DNA of 64,000 nucleotides from an uncultured Mycoplasmatota bacterium (GTDB lineage Bacteria > Bacillota_I > Bacilli_A > RF39 > UBA660): the NCBI GenBank assembly GCA_900544625.1, contig UQVR01000002.1, positions 10,639 through 74,638 on the forward strand, given 5' to 3'. The position numbers and the translations under genes were made by a program. This document shows, piece after piece, positions 49,410 through 59,355 of this stretch. How positions within the stretch are numbered: position 1 is the stretch's first letter; each line of letters opens with the position of its first letter. The notes beneath the pieces were generated by a model. It made no database searches. It saw only the letters and a list, made by a program, of their open reading frames with translations, and was not told the origin of the DNA.

Positions 49410-49522
49410 CTTAAAATTGTTTATTATAAATATGATAAATTTTGGCTAATATATGCCTTAAAATAACAATAGGCAAAATAAAGTATAATTAAAATTTGCT
49501 AATTTTTATAAAAAACTTAAAT

Positions 49523-49538
49523 TATTTCCCGGGAAATA
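49523..49538. promoter_or_regulatory. Noc-binding site (NBS) palindrome, perfect
   Basis: TATTTCCCGGGAAATA. The palindrome extends to 20 bp (49521-49540). It contains the Bacillus NBS consensus ATTTCCCGGGAAAT. Confidence 0.7.
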
Positions 49539-49669
49539 ATTATTTTAAAAACTTTAAATTTTTCTTCTTTTCTTTTTATATTAAAAAAGTTCTTAATTCC
49601 TTTTATTACCTAGTACTTTTACAAAAAAATACATTATATATTTTTAATTAATATATTATGTTAACTAAA

Positions 49670-49685
49670 TATTTCCCGGGAAATA
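49670..49685. promoter_or_regulatory. Noc-binding site (NBS) palindrome, perfect
   Basis: TATTTCCCGGGAAATA. The palindrome extends to 20 bp (49668-49687). It lies 147 bp from the first copy. Confidence 0.7.
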
Positions 49686-49752
49686 TTACTTTTAAGATTT
49701 CATCAACATTTTACTCATTATTTGCAATGTTGCAAACGTATGTACGTCATAA

Positions 49753-49768
49753 TGTTTCACGTGAAACT
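49753..49768. promoter_or_regulatory. parS site 1 (15/16)
   Basis: TGTTTCACGTGAAACT versus the Firmicute parS consensus TGTTNCACGTGAAACA. Confidence 0.8.
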
Positions 49769-49868
49769 AAAATATAAAATTATATTTCATTTGTAAACGT
49801 ATAATTATTTTTTATTTACTAATTATTAACTATAAATAATTTCATATTCACATTTTATTAACATCAAT

Positions 49869-49884
49869 AGTTTCACGTGAAACA
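49869..49884. promoter_or_regulatory. parS site 2 (15/16)
   Basis: AGTTTCACGTGAAACA. TTATTAACA lies 5 nt upstream (49855-49863). Confidence 0.8.
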
Positions 49885-49997
49885 ATAAGCCTAATTTTTT
49901 TTATAATAATATAAATATAATATTTAATTAACAAATTAGAAACACAAAATTAAATATTTAATTGAAAAACATAACCTTTCAACAACTTATCAACATA

Positions 49998-50013
49998 TGT
50001 TTCACGTGAAACA
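49998..50013. promoter_or_regulatory. parS site 3 (16/16)
   Basis: TGTTTCACGTGAAACA. DnaA box TTATCAACA lies 2 nt upstream (49987-49995). Confidence 0.85.
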
Positions 50014-50129
50014 TAACAATATTGAGGTATTAAACATAAAAATAACAACAAAATTGAAATAATATTAATTTATAGTTGAATATTAATATTTATTTCATAT
50101 AAATAATATCAACAAGTTATCAACACAAA

Positions 50130-50145
50130 TGTTTCACGTGAAACA
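50130..50145. promoter_or_regulatory. parS site 4 (16/16)
   Basis: TGTTTCACGTGAAACA. TTATCAACA lies 4 nt upstream (50117-50125) and ATATCAACA lies at 50106-50114. Confidence 0.85.
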
Positions 50146-50347
50146 CAAAAGTAAATTATGGTTATGTATGAAATTTCTTAATTGAAATAAATAAAAATCA
50201 AATTAAGATAAATATAATATACAAAATTGTGTTTGAATACAAAAAAATATGATCATGTATTAAACATTGATTCAATTCCTTTTAAAAAAATATAATATCA
50301 TAAATTAATAATATTATTATAGTTGCAAATGAAAACTTATTAACATA

Positions 50348-50363
50348 TGTTTCACGTGAAACA
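50348..50363. promoter_or_regulatory. parS site 5 (16/16)
   Basis: TGTTTCACGTGAAACA. TTATTAACA lies 2 nt upstream (50337-50345). Confidence 0.85.
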
Positions 50364-50455
50364 AATAATATTATAAAAAGATATAATACTAAACAAAATA
50401 AATTAAATTTGATTTGATAATAATTAATAATTACATATACTCTATGTATAAAAAA

Positions 50456-50471
50456 AGTTTCACGTGAAACA
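50456..50471. promoter_or_regulatory. parS site 6 (15/16)
   Basis: AGTTTCACGTGAAACA. Confidence 0.8.
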
Positions 50472-50586
50472 ATTTTTTTTAAAATTAATTAATATACTAA
50501 TAATTATTGAATCTGCATATTTAAAAATAATTATTAAAATTTAACAATATACAAAGTATATACATAAGATAATTACTAAAAGAGAC

Positions 50587-53094
50587 TTATTCAGTCTCTT
50601 TTTCCTCGACTATAGCGCTTTCATTAGATACATTTTCACTCAAAGTGTTTAGTTCTTCTTCTGTAGATTCACTAACTTCTTCTTTTTCAACTAAACTTAT
50701 GGTTGATACTTTTTGATTATCCTTTAAGTTAATAAGTCTTAAACCTTGAGTTACACGTCCTAATAATGATATTTGATCTAAAGGCATTCTCATTGTCATA
50801 CCTGAATTAGTCATTATAACTAGTTCTTGATTATCTTGAACAATTTTAACACTAACTAAACTTCCGTTTTTATCAGTTATATTCATGGCTTTTACACCTT
50901 TTGATCCTCTTCTTGTTTGACGATATTCACTTACTTTAGTTTGCTTACCATAACCTTTTTCTGTTACTAATAAAATTGTATCATCTTCTTTAACAATTTC
51001 AGAACAAATACATTTACTTCCATCCAATGAAATCCCTCTGACACCTGAAGCTGTTCTACCCATAACTCTTATTTCATCTTCATTAAATTTAACCATTCTA
51101 CCGCTATCGCTACCTAGAAGTACTAAATCATTACCTGTTGTTTTTTTAACATCAATTAATTTATCATTTTCTCTTAAAGAAATACAAATCTTACCACTAT
51201 TTCTAATATTAGAAAATTCACTAATTAATGTTTTCTTAACAACTCCACCTTCTGTAGCAAATAATAAATATTTACATTCTTCTTCACGATTAATTTCAAT
51301 AATAGCATTAACTCTTTCATCTTTTTCCACTTGAAGTAAGTTAACAATTGGAATTCCTTTAGACTGACGAGAAAATTCTGGAATTTCGTAACCTTTAAGT
51401 CTATATACCTTACCTTTATCAGTAAAGAATAAAATATAATCATGTGTTGATAAGTTAATCATGTGTTCTACAAAATCTTCATCATTCGTAGTCATTCCCT
51501 TGATTCCAACACCACCACGGTTTTGTGATTTAAAAGTGTCTGACGTAGTTCTCTTAATATAACCCTTGTTAGTAAGTACTACCAAGATATTTTCTTCTGG
51601 TATTAAAGATTCATCTTCAATATAATCAACTGCTGTCATATCAATCTTAGTACGTCTTTCATCACCATATTTATTTTTAATTTCAGTCATTTCATCTTTA
51701 ATGATACCTAATACCTTATTATTATCCGCTAAAATGCCACGTAAACGTTCAATTTCGATTCTGAGTGCATTTAGTTCATCTTCAATTTTTTCACGTTCTA
51801 GACCCGTTAAACGACGTAATTTCATTTCTAGAATATTATCAGTTTGAGCTTCAGTTAATCCAAAACGTTCCATTAACTTGGATTTAGCTTCTCCATCAGC
51901 TTTTGATTCTTTAATAATCTTAATAACTTCATCAATATTATCAAATACAATTTGATAACCTTCTAAGATATGCACTCTTTTTTCTGCTTTATCTAATTCA
52001 AATTGAGTTCTTCTAATAATAATTTCTTGTTGATAATCTACATATTTACTAATTATATCTTTCAAACCTAGTGTTCTTGGAACCCCTTTATCAAGCATTA
52101 AGAAAATAATACCAAAAGTTGTTTGAAAAGCAGTATGTTTATACAAATTATTTAAAACTACCTGAGGATTTGCATCCTTTTTTAAAGTAATAGTTATTTT
52201 AATACCATCTTTTAAATCAGTGTGATAATCAGTAATACATTCAAGTACTTTATTATGTACTAAATCTGCTACTTTTTGTTTTAAATCAAGGGTATTAACA
52301 CCATAAGGAACTTCTTCGATAACAATATAATGTCTTCCATTTTTTTCTTCAATTGTTGCTTTACTTCTAATAGTAATTGATCCTCTACCAGTTTCATACG
52401 CTTTTTTAATTCCAGAATTACCTAAAATAATACCACCAGTTGGAAAATCAGGCCCTTTAACATGTTGCATTAATTCTTCCGTAGTAATTTCAGGATTATC
52501 TATATATGCAATACAACCATCAATAACTTCACCTAAATTATGTGGTGGAATATTTGTTGCCATACCAACAGCAATACCCATTGTTCCATTAACTAAAATA
52601 TTTGGAAATCTTGAGGGTAAAACTTCAGGTTCTTCAGTTGAATCATCATAATTTGGTACAAAATTAACCGTATTTTTATTGATATCTCTTAAAAGTTCCA
52701 TAGATATCTTAGCAAGTTTACTTTCAGTATAACGATAAGCGGCTGCTCTTGGATATTCAATATTACCAAAGTTACCATGTCCATCAACAAGTAAATAACG
52801 ATAATTAAAGTCTTGGGCCATTCTTACCATAGCCTCATAAATTGATGAATCTCCATGAGGATGATATTTCCCCATAACGTCCCCAACTATCGTCGCACTC
52901 TTACGATGTTTTTTATCTGGTGTTAATCCATTTTCTAACATATCATAAATAATTCTTCTATGAACTGGCTTTAAACCATCTCTTAAATCTGGTAAAGCTC
53001 TGGAAATAATAACACTCATTGAATATTCAATAAAAGAAGATTCAATTTCACTTACTATATTATTTTCTTCTAGTCTATCTCTACTATGATCCAT
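50587..53094 (-). CDS. gyrA: DNA gyrase subunit A
   Basis: [16 protein letters not shown], active-site region AAYRYTE, C-terminal beta-pinwheel repeats, acidic tail. Confidence 0.97.
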   Translation of the reverse strand: MDHSRDRLEENNIVSEIESSFIEYSMSVIISRALPDLRDGLKPVHRRIIYDMLENGLTPDKKHRKSATIVGDVMGKYHPHGDSSIYEAMVRMAQDFNYRYLLVDGHGNFGNIEYPRAAAYRYTESKLAKISMELLRDINKNTVNFVPNYDDSTEEPEVLPSRFPNILVNGTMGIAVGMATNIPPHNLGEVIDGCIAYIDNPEITTEELMQHVKGPDFPTGGIILGNSGIKKAYETGRGSITIRSKATIEEKNGRHYIVIEEVPYGVNTLDLKQKVADLVHNKVLECITDYHTDLKDGIKITITLKKDANPQVVLNNLYKHTAFQTTFGIIFLMLDKGVPRTLGLKDIISKYVDYQQEIIIRRTQFELDKAEKRVHILEGYQIVFDNIDEVIKIIKESKADGEAKSKLMERFGLTEAQTDNILEMKLRRLTGLEREKIEDELNALRIEIERLRGILADNNKVLGIIKDEMTEIKNKYGDERRTKIDMTAVDYIEDESLIPEENILVVLTNKGYIKRTTSDTFKSQNRGGVGIKGMTTNDEDFVEHMINLSTHDYILFFTDKGKVYRLKGYEIPEFSRQSKGIPIVNLLQVEKDERVNAIIEINREEECKYLLFATEGGVVKKTLISEFSNIRNSGKICISLRENDKLIDVKKTTGNDLVLLGSDSGRMVKFNEDEIRVMGRTASGVRGISLDGSKCICSEIVKEDDTILLVTEKGYGKQTKVSEYRQTRRGSKGVKAMNITDKNGSLVSVKIVQDNQELVIMTNSGMTMRMPLDQISLLGRVTQGLRLINLKDNQKVSTISLVEKEEVSESTEEELNTLSENVSNESAIVEEKETE

Positions 53095-53103
53095 AATAAC
53101 CTC

Positions 53104-55026
53104 CTAAAAATCCAAATTCTTTGCATAAGTTGCATTTTCTTCAATAAACTTACGTCTAGGTTCAACTTCTTCACCCATTAATTTACTAAATGCTGCATCA
53201 GCACTAATAGCATCATCTACTGTTATTTTACGAAGAATTCTATGATTTATATCCATTGTAGTTTCATTTAATTCTTCAGCATCCATTTCTCCTAAACCTT
53301 TCATTCTTGCTATATCATATCTAACATTCTTTTCATTTAAAGTTTTGATATATTCATCTCTTTCTTCATCATTTAGAACATATTTTATAGTTTGACCATG
53401 CTTAATACAATATAAAGGTGGTTGAGCAGCATATACATAACCAGCTTCCACAATTGGTTTAAAGAAACGATAAAATAATGTTAATAACAAAACTCTAATG
53501 TGAGATCCATCAACATCGGCATCACTCATAATAATAACTTTATGATATCTCATTTTACTTAAATCAAATTCTTGACCAATACCAGTACCGAAAGCTGTAA
53601 TAATTGTTTTAATTTCATCATTACTTAAAGCTCTATCAAGTCTTGCTTTTTCAACATTTAATACTTTACCTTTCAAAGGAAGTATAGCTTGAGTCATACT
53701 ATTTCTACCCTTAATCGCAGAACCACCCGCACTATCCCCTTCGACCAAGAATATTTCACAAACACTCGGGTCTTTTTCTTTACAATCTACAAGTTTTCCT
53801 CCAAAGTTTACGATATCTAAATCACTTTTTCTTCTAGTGGCTTCTCTTGCCTTCTTCGCAGCTATTCTACCACGAGATGCACTAATACATTTTTCCACAA
53901 TTGTTCTAGCTTCATTAGGATTTTCCATTAAAAATCTTTCGAAACCTTGTGAAAATACATCACTTGCTATTTTTCTAACTTCACTATTACCTAACTTAGT
54001 CTTAGTTTGTCCTTCAAATTGAGGATCTGGATGTTTACAAGAAATAATCATAGTTAAACCTTCACGACAATCTTCTCCAATTAAAGCAGCATCATTTTCT
54101 TTTAATATCTTTGCATTTTTTGCATAATTGTTAATAACTTTAGTTAAAGCAGCTTTAACTCCATCTTCATGTGTTCCACCTTCATAAGTATTAATATTAT
54201 TAGTAAACGAATAAATACTTGGTGAATAAGTTTCATTGTATTGACAAGCAACTTCTATTTCGATTCCATTTTCAGAACCATCCATATAAATTATATCATC
54301 ATGAATTGGTGTCTTGCTCTTATTAAGCATTTCAACATACTCAATAATACCTCCATTATAAAGAAAAGTATCATGTCTTTCAGGTGTTTGTCTTAAATCA
54401 TATAAATTAATTCTAAGTCCTTTATTTAAAAAAGCAATTTCTTGTAATCTTTTATATAAAGTATCATAGTTATACACAGTTGTTTCCGTAAATATTTCTT
54501 CATCCGGTTTAAAAATTATCGTACTTCCTGTTCTTTCCACATCACAAGTATCAATGATTTTTAATGGTTCAACTGGATGTCCACCATTTTCAAATCTTTG
54601 ATAATATACATTTCCATCACGATAAATCTTAACTTCAAGCCATTTAGACAATGCATTAACAACACTAGCTCCAACACCATGAAGACCTCCAGAAACTTTA
54701 TAACCTTCACCACCAAATTTACCACCAGCATGAAGCACTGTAAAAATGGTTTCTACTGTTGATAATCCTGTTTTAGCATTAATACCTGTTGGTATACCTC
54801 TACCATCATCCCTTATTTCAATGATATCTCCTTTATTAATCATAACTTCAATATCATCACAAAAACCAGCTAATGCTTCATCTACAGCATTATCTACGAT
54901 TTCCCAAACTAAATGATGAAGACCTCTCTCACCAGTTGATCCTATATACATACCAGGTCTTTTTCTAACAGCCTCAAGCCCTTCCAAAACCTGTATATCA
55001 CTATCAGTATAATGTGTTTCTTTCAT
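53104..55026 (-). CDS. gyrB: DNA gyrase subunit B
   Basis: [31 protein letters not shown], Toprim [21 protein letters not shown]. Confidence 0.97.
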   Translation of the reverse strand: MKETHYTDSDIQVLEGLEAVRKRPGMYIGSTGERGLHHLVWEIVDNAVDEALAGFCDDIEVMINKGDIIEIRDDGRGIPTGINAKTGLSTVETIFTVLHAGGKFGGEGYKVSGGLHGVGASVVNALSKWLEVKIYRDGNVYYQRFENGGHPVEPLKIIDTCDVERTGSTIIFKPDEEIFTETTVYNYDTLYKRLQEIAFLNKGLRINLYDLRQTPERHDTFLYNGGIIEYVEMLNKSKTPIHDDIIYMDGSENGIEIEVACQYNETYSPSIYSFTNNINTYEGGTHEDGVKAALTKVINNYAKNAKILKENDAALIGEDCREGLTMIISCKHPDPQFEGQTKTKLGNSEVRKIASDVFSQGFERFLMENPNEARTIVEKCISASRGRIAAKKAREATRRKSDLDIVNFGGKLVDCKEKDPSVCEIFLVEGDSAGGSAIKGRNSMTQAILPLKGKVLNVEKARLDRALSNDEIKTIITAFGTGIGQEFDLSKMRYHKVIIMSDADVDGSHIRVLLLTLFYRFFKPIVEAGYVYAAQPPLYCIKHGQTIKYVLNDEERDEYIKTLNEKNVRYDIARMKGLGEMDAEELNETTMDINHRILRKITVDDAISADAAFSKLMGEEVEPRRKFIEENATYAKNLDF

Positions 55027-55029
55027 ATT

Positions 55030-56118
55030 CTACTCCTCCTCTAATATACCATCAGTTACTTTAAATTTCTTCGCATCTTTGATTACTTTTTTACTAATAT
55101 TTTTTAAATCAGTCGTTGTTATAAATGTCTGAACATTTCTATCAAGCATCCCTAACATATTAGCAATTTTAATCTTATCTAACTCACTAAATAAATCATC
55201 TAAAATAAGTATTGGATAATATCCCTTTATTTCATTAACAACACTTATTTCTGCTAACTTAAAGGAAATAATAGCATTCTTTCTTTGCCCTTCACTTCCC
55301 CATTCTTTTAAATTATTATTATCTAAAATAAATACAATATCATCATGATGAATTCCTTCCAAAGTTTTACCAACACTAAGTTCTTTCTGATAATTTTCTT
55401 TATATCTTTTAAATAAAGTTTCTTCATCTTTTTTCTTAAATGTTGATACATATCTTACTTTTAAAGTTCCACTACCAAATATTTTTTCATAATTACTTGT
55501 AATATATTTATTAATATTATCAATAAAATTTTCTCTATATTTACAAATAATACTCCCATATTCAATCAACTTTTTAGTTAAAATATCTAAATAAGTACTT
55601 GTGTAATTACCATTTACATACATTCCTCTTAAATAAAAGTTTCTCTGTTTTAAAATCTTTTGATAATTAGCTAAAATTACTAAATATTCTTTATAAATTT
55701 GACTAATTTCAATATTTAATAATCTTCTTCTTTCGCTTGGTGCTTCATCAATTAATCTTGTATCACTTGGATTAAATAAAATAACATTTACTCTTGAAAC
55801 ATAATCACTAACTTTATCTTGCTTCTCACCATTAATTGTTACAATTTTTCCTTCATTGCTTATTTCTACACCAAACTCATTTTCATCATTATTTTTAAAA
55901 ACATTTCCATTAATTTTTGCTTTTATTTTTCCTTTCTTAATCATCACTTTATCATTATTTATTCTAAATGATTTAGTTAGTGCTAAAGTATATATAGCTT
56001 CAATAATATTTGTTTTTCCACTACCATTTAAACCATATATAATATTTAAGTCACCAAAAGAGATATTTAATGATTCATAATTTCGAAAATTCATTAAAGT
56101 TAAATTATCTATTTTCAT
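55030..56118 (-). CDS. recF: DNA replication and repair protein RecF
   Basis: FRNY, Walker A GLNGSGKTN, SEGQRKN signature, LILDDLFSELD. Confidence 0.93.
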   Translation of the reverse strand: MKIDNLTLMNFRNYESLNISFGDLNIIYGLNGSGKTNIIEAIYTLALTKSFRINNDKVMIKKGKIKAKINGNVFKNNDENEFGVEISNEGKIVTINGEKQDKVSDYVSRVNVILFNPSDTRLIDEAPSERRRLLNIEISQIYKEYLVILANYQKILKQRNFYLRGMYVNGNYTSTYLDILTKKLIEYGSIICKYRENFIDNINKYITSNYEKIFGSGTLKVRYVSTFKKKDEETLFKRYKENYQKELSVGKTLEGIHHDDIVFILDNNNLKEWGSEGQRKNAIISFKLAEISVVNEIKGYYPILILDDLFSELDKIKIANMLGMLDRNVQTFITTTDLKNISKKVIKDAKKFKVTDGILEEE

Positions 56119-56237
56119 TAAATTGCCCCCTTTAGTGCCCTACATTAAAAATTTAAGGCATTTTGGTATACCTATACACATAATAATTATATCACAAAAA
56201 TTCCCCTAATAAAAGAAAAATCTCACTTTTTAACAAA

Positions 56238-56666
56238 TTATCCTCGTGTTAAATACACTAACCACAACCTACTACATTTTAAAAGTTGATTATTAAACTT
56301 CGTAGGGGTTATACTAAAGCATTTTTTTTCACCATTTTTAAACAAAACAACAATACCATTCTGACTCTTTTCATAGTTTTGCACTTTATTAAAATTAAGC
56401 CAATAATAGCTTTTTTCTTCTTTTATTGGAAAAAAGATTATATTATTCTTTTCACTTATCATAATTGGTAACTTATAACAACCACCAAGAATATTTTTAC
56501 TTCCCATAATTCTTCCCTTCAAAGAACTACCATAATAAATACAACTAAAATTTAATATAGAATTTAATAAATTACCCCCAAATTTTAATTGATTATCTTC
56601 TTCATGAACAATAGTATTTTCGCCATTAAATTCCATAAAAAGAGTATTATTATTAATTTTAAACAT
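56238..56666 (-). CDS. comK: ComK-family transcription factor homologue
   Basis: SCIYYGSSLKGR..G......YKLPIMISEKNNIIFFP...W.......V.F.NG....I....F.NQ aligns by eye with the Bacillus ComK core (SCRFFGSSYAGR...HKPPIMVDPSNQIFLFP). Start set at MFKINNN after RBS aaggag. Confidence 0.75.
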   Translation of the reverse strand: MFKINNNTLFMEFNGENTIVHEEDNQLKFGGNLLNSILNFSCIYYGSSLKGRIMGSKNILGGCYKLPIMISEKNNIIFFPIKEEKSYYWLNFNKVQNYEKSQNGIVVLFKNGEKKCFSITPTKFNNQLLKCSRLWLVYLTRG

Positions 56667-56723
56667 TTTAATTCTCCTTTCTTGATTTGCTATAATAGCA
56701 AAACTTTTATAAAAAATTTGTCG

Positions 56724-56760
56724 AAAAAAAAAGAACAAGTTAATATTTTGTTCATTTTTT
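56724..56760 (-). terminator. Rho-independent terminator after dnaN
   Basis: gaacaa/ttgttc stem flanked by A9 and T-runs. Confidence 0.65.
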
Positions 56761-56764
56761 TAAA

Positions 56765-57883
56765 TTAATATGTTTTTATAGGTAAAATTAACTCAGTTAA
56801 AGTATCATCTACCACTGGTTTTATAAGAATAGGTTTATCATCTGTATTTAATAATAATAAGATATTTTCTTCTTTAATAACCTTTAAAGCATCCATCATA
56901 AACTTACTTGAAAAAGATATTTCTATTTTTTCTTTATTATTACAATCTATACTTAATTTTTCTTCAGCATTCCCTAATTCATTGCTTGTAGATGTTATAA
57001 TCATATCTTTATCTTGAATATGCATTTTAATTATATTTTTTTCTTTATTTTGAGCAAGTAATGAAGCTCTATCAACAGCATCATAAAATTCTTTCATATT
57101 TAAATTAATAATATATGCAAAATCACTTGGAATAAAATGACTAGTTTCTGGATAACTTCCACTTAATAAATTACTTTGAATATAAATATTCTTATAAACA
57201 AATAATATTTTGTTAGTAAATACATAGATTTCCACATTATCATCATCTGCAATAATCTTTTCAAGTTCAGTTATACTTCTACCTGGTATAACAATATTTA
57301 TTTGTTTAGAATTAGGTTCATCTAATTTAATATTTTTCTTAGATAATCTATAAGAATCTGTACAAATACACTCTAATATATCACCATTTACTTTAAAATT
57401 AATCCCTGTAAGAAGTGGTCTTACTTCTTGTGTTGATAATGCATAAGAAGTTTGATTTATTAATTCTCTTAAATTTTGTGAATTAACATTAATTACATCA
57501 CTACCCTTATCAATCATAATATTTGGATAATCATTTGGATTATAACAATTTAATCTATATTGATTATTCGGAGTACTAATCTTTATTTTTAGATTATCTT
57601 CAACTTCAAAATCTATTACATCACTAGGCATTTTCCTAATCATATCCACAAAATACTTACTTTGAATAATAATTCTTCCTTTGCCTTCCATCATTTTAAT
57701 ATTTTCATGAGGAATTAAAACTTTAATAGTAAGTTCTGAATCACTAGCAAGTAATTCCATTCCTTTTTCATTAATATCAAATACTATTCCATTTAGTACT
57801 GGAATTGTAGTCCTTTGACTTAAAGCTTTAGTAACATTATTTAATGCTTCCAAAATTACATTTTTTTCAATTGTCCATTTCAT
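56765..57883 (-). CDS. dnaN: DNA polymerase III beta sliding clamp
   Basis: 372 aa with three-domain clamp pattern (P.L.GI, TD..RL) and the conserved position after dnaA. Confidence 0.95.
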   Translation of the reverse strand: MKWTIEKNVILEALNNVTKALSQRTTIPVLNGIVFDINEKGMELLASDSELTIKVLIPHENIKMMEGKGRIIIQSKYFVDMIRKMPSDVIDFEVEDNLKIKISTPNNQYRLNCYNPNDYPNIMIDKGSDVINVNSQNLRELINQTSYALSTQEVRPLLTGINFKVNGDILECICTDSYRLSKKNIKLDEPNSKQINIVIPGRSITELEKIIADDDNVEIYVFTNKILFVYKNIYIQSNLLSGSYPETSHFIPSDFAYIINLNMKEFYDAVDRASLLAQNKEKNIIKMHIQDKDMIITSTSNELGNAEEKLSIDCNNKEKIEISFSSKFMMDALKVIKEENILLLLNTDDKPILIKPVVDDTLTELILPIKTY

Positions 57884-57894
57884 ATTTTTTCCTT

Positions 57895-58011
57895 CTTTCT
57901 TTATTAGTTTTTTTAATTATTATTTATTAATAGCGTTGATAATGTTGATAACTAATTAATTTACTTATTTTACTTAGAAAATCATTATTTTTTATACCCA
58001 ACTTATCAACA
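57895..58011. promoter_or_regulatory. oriC, dnaA-dnaN part: AT-rich tract plus DnaA boxes
   Basis: AT-only tract at 57895-57933. Abutting boxes cgttgataa (57934-57942) and tgttgataa (57943-57951), both on the - strand. TTATCAACA at 58003-58011 abuts the dnaA stop. Confidence 0.75.
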
Positions 58012-59355
58012 TTATTGTAACTTCATTTTTATTTCTTTCAACACATTATTTAAATTCGGATTAGTTTCTAATTCTTCTTTTATCTTATCACATGCTGTTG
58101 ATACTGTAGAATGATCTCTACCCCCGAATTCAAGTCCTATTTTCTGTAAATTTTCATCTGTTTCAACTCTACATAAGTACATTGCTATATGTCTAGGTTT
58201 TACTACTGTATTAGTTCTTCGTTTACTTTTTAAATCATCTACCGATATTTTAAAATATTCTGCAACAGCATTTTGGATAGAACCAATCGAATTGTTGATA
58301 AATATGTTAGTATTAACATAATCATTTAATGCTTCGTTAGCAAAATCCAAAGTAATTTTATCAGGAACCATCATTGCTGTGTAAGCTAGCAACCTGTTTA
58401 TAGTTCCTTCAATGTGTCTAACATCATTAACACATGAATTAGCAATATATTCTATAACATCATTAGTTAATTTATCTTCAATACTGGTATTTTTTATCTT
58501 TGATCTTATAATATCACATCTTAGATTAAAGTCTGGAGGGAATATATCAACAGGAAGTCCCCACATAAACCTACTTCTAAGTCTTTCTTCGATTTTCTTT
58601 AAGTCATCCGGACTCTTATCACTACTAATAATTATTTGTTTATTTGCTTGATGCAAAGCATTAAATGTATGAAAGAATTCTTGTTGCGTTTTTTCTGCTT
58701 CAACTAAAAATTGAATATCATCTATAATTAATACATCTACATTACGATATTTATCTTTAAAATCATTAGCATATCCCATTTTATTATTACTTGTAGCAAT
58801 ACCAGTAAATTCATCTCTAAATTCATTACTTGTTGTATATAATACCTTTAAATTAGAATGATCTTTAATATAATTACCAATTGCTTGCATTAAATGTGTT
58901 TTCCCTATTCCACTTCGTCCATATATAAATAACGGATTGTGGATAGTTCCCGGAGCTTCCGCAACTGCTCTGGCTGCAACAAATGCAAGTCTATTTGAAT
59001 TACCTACTACATAGTTATCAAAAGTAAATTTTGGATTTAAATTTGTATTCCATTCTATATCTTTTTCAACAGTTTCTTCAGGAACAATAGGTTCAACAAA
59101 GTTTTCAACTTCTTCTTCAGTAATATAATTAAATGTATAATTTATACCAGTTAAAGCAAAAAATGTATTACTTATAAGATCTTTATATGTTTCTCCAAGC
59201 ATTTTTTTAGTTATTTGTAATCCAACCTTTATTGTTACTACATTGTTAACAATCGATAATAGTTCAAGTTTTGAAAACCAAATATTATAAATTGTATCGC
59301 TAACTTGATTCTGAATATCTTTTAAAAAATGTGAAAAAAGCTCATCAGTTTTCAA
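58012..59355 (-). CDS. dnaA: Chromosomal replication initiator protein DnaA
   Basis: Walker A GRSGIGKTHL, IIDDIQFL, box VII, and the C-terminal DNA-binding helix (GGRDHSTV). Confidence 0.97.
   Translation of the reverse strand: MKTDELFSHFLKDIQNQVSDTIYNIWFSKLELLSIVNNVVTIKVGLQITKKMLGETYKDLISNTFFALTGINYTFNYITEEEVENFVEPIVPEETVEKDIEWNTNLNPKFTFDNYVVGNSNRLAFVAARAVAEAPGTIHNPLFIYGRSGIGKTHLMQAIGNYIKDHSNLKVLYTTSNEFRDEFTGIATSNNKMGYANDFKDKYRNVDVLIIDDIQFLVEAEKTQQEFFHTFNALHQANKQIIISSDKSPDDLKKIEERLRSRFMWGLPVDIFPPDFNLRCDIIRSKIKNTSIEDKLTNDVIEYIANSCVNDVRHIEGTINRLLAYTAMMVPDKITLDFANEALNDYVNTNIFINNSIGSIQNAVAEYFKISVDDLKSKRRTNTVVKPRHIAMYLCRVETDENLQKIGLEFGGRDHSTVSTACDKIKEELETNPNLNNVLKEIKMKLQ

Noticed and set aside
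49753-50471. Regularly recurring short palindromes could be mistaken for a CRISPR array.
   Set aside because: The repeats are only 14-16 bp, the spacings are irregular at 108-218 bp, the spacers share homology with each other, and no cas genes are nearby. The repeat matches the parS consensus instead.
49313-50586. An AT-rich non-coding region with DnaA boxes could be a second or the true replication origin.
   Set aside because: The gene-strand switch and the densest perfect DnaA-box clusters flank dnaA at 57.9-59.6 kb. This island has weaker, fewer boxes, all tied to parS. It is kept only as a DnaA-titration or regulatory hypothesis, not as an origin.
49313-50586. An expected rRNA operon or tRNA genes downstream of gyrA, as in Bacillus.
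   Set aside because: No stretch resembles conserved 16S/23S/5S segments or a tRNA cloverleaf. The composition is far too AT-rich throughout.
50575-50600. The hairpin agagact/agtctct spanning the gyrA stop codon could be the gyrA terminator.
   Set aside because: It is plausible but followed by only a 3-4 nt T-run, and half of the stem is coding. It is left uncalled.
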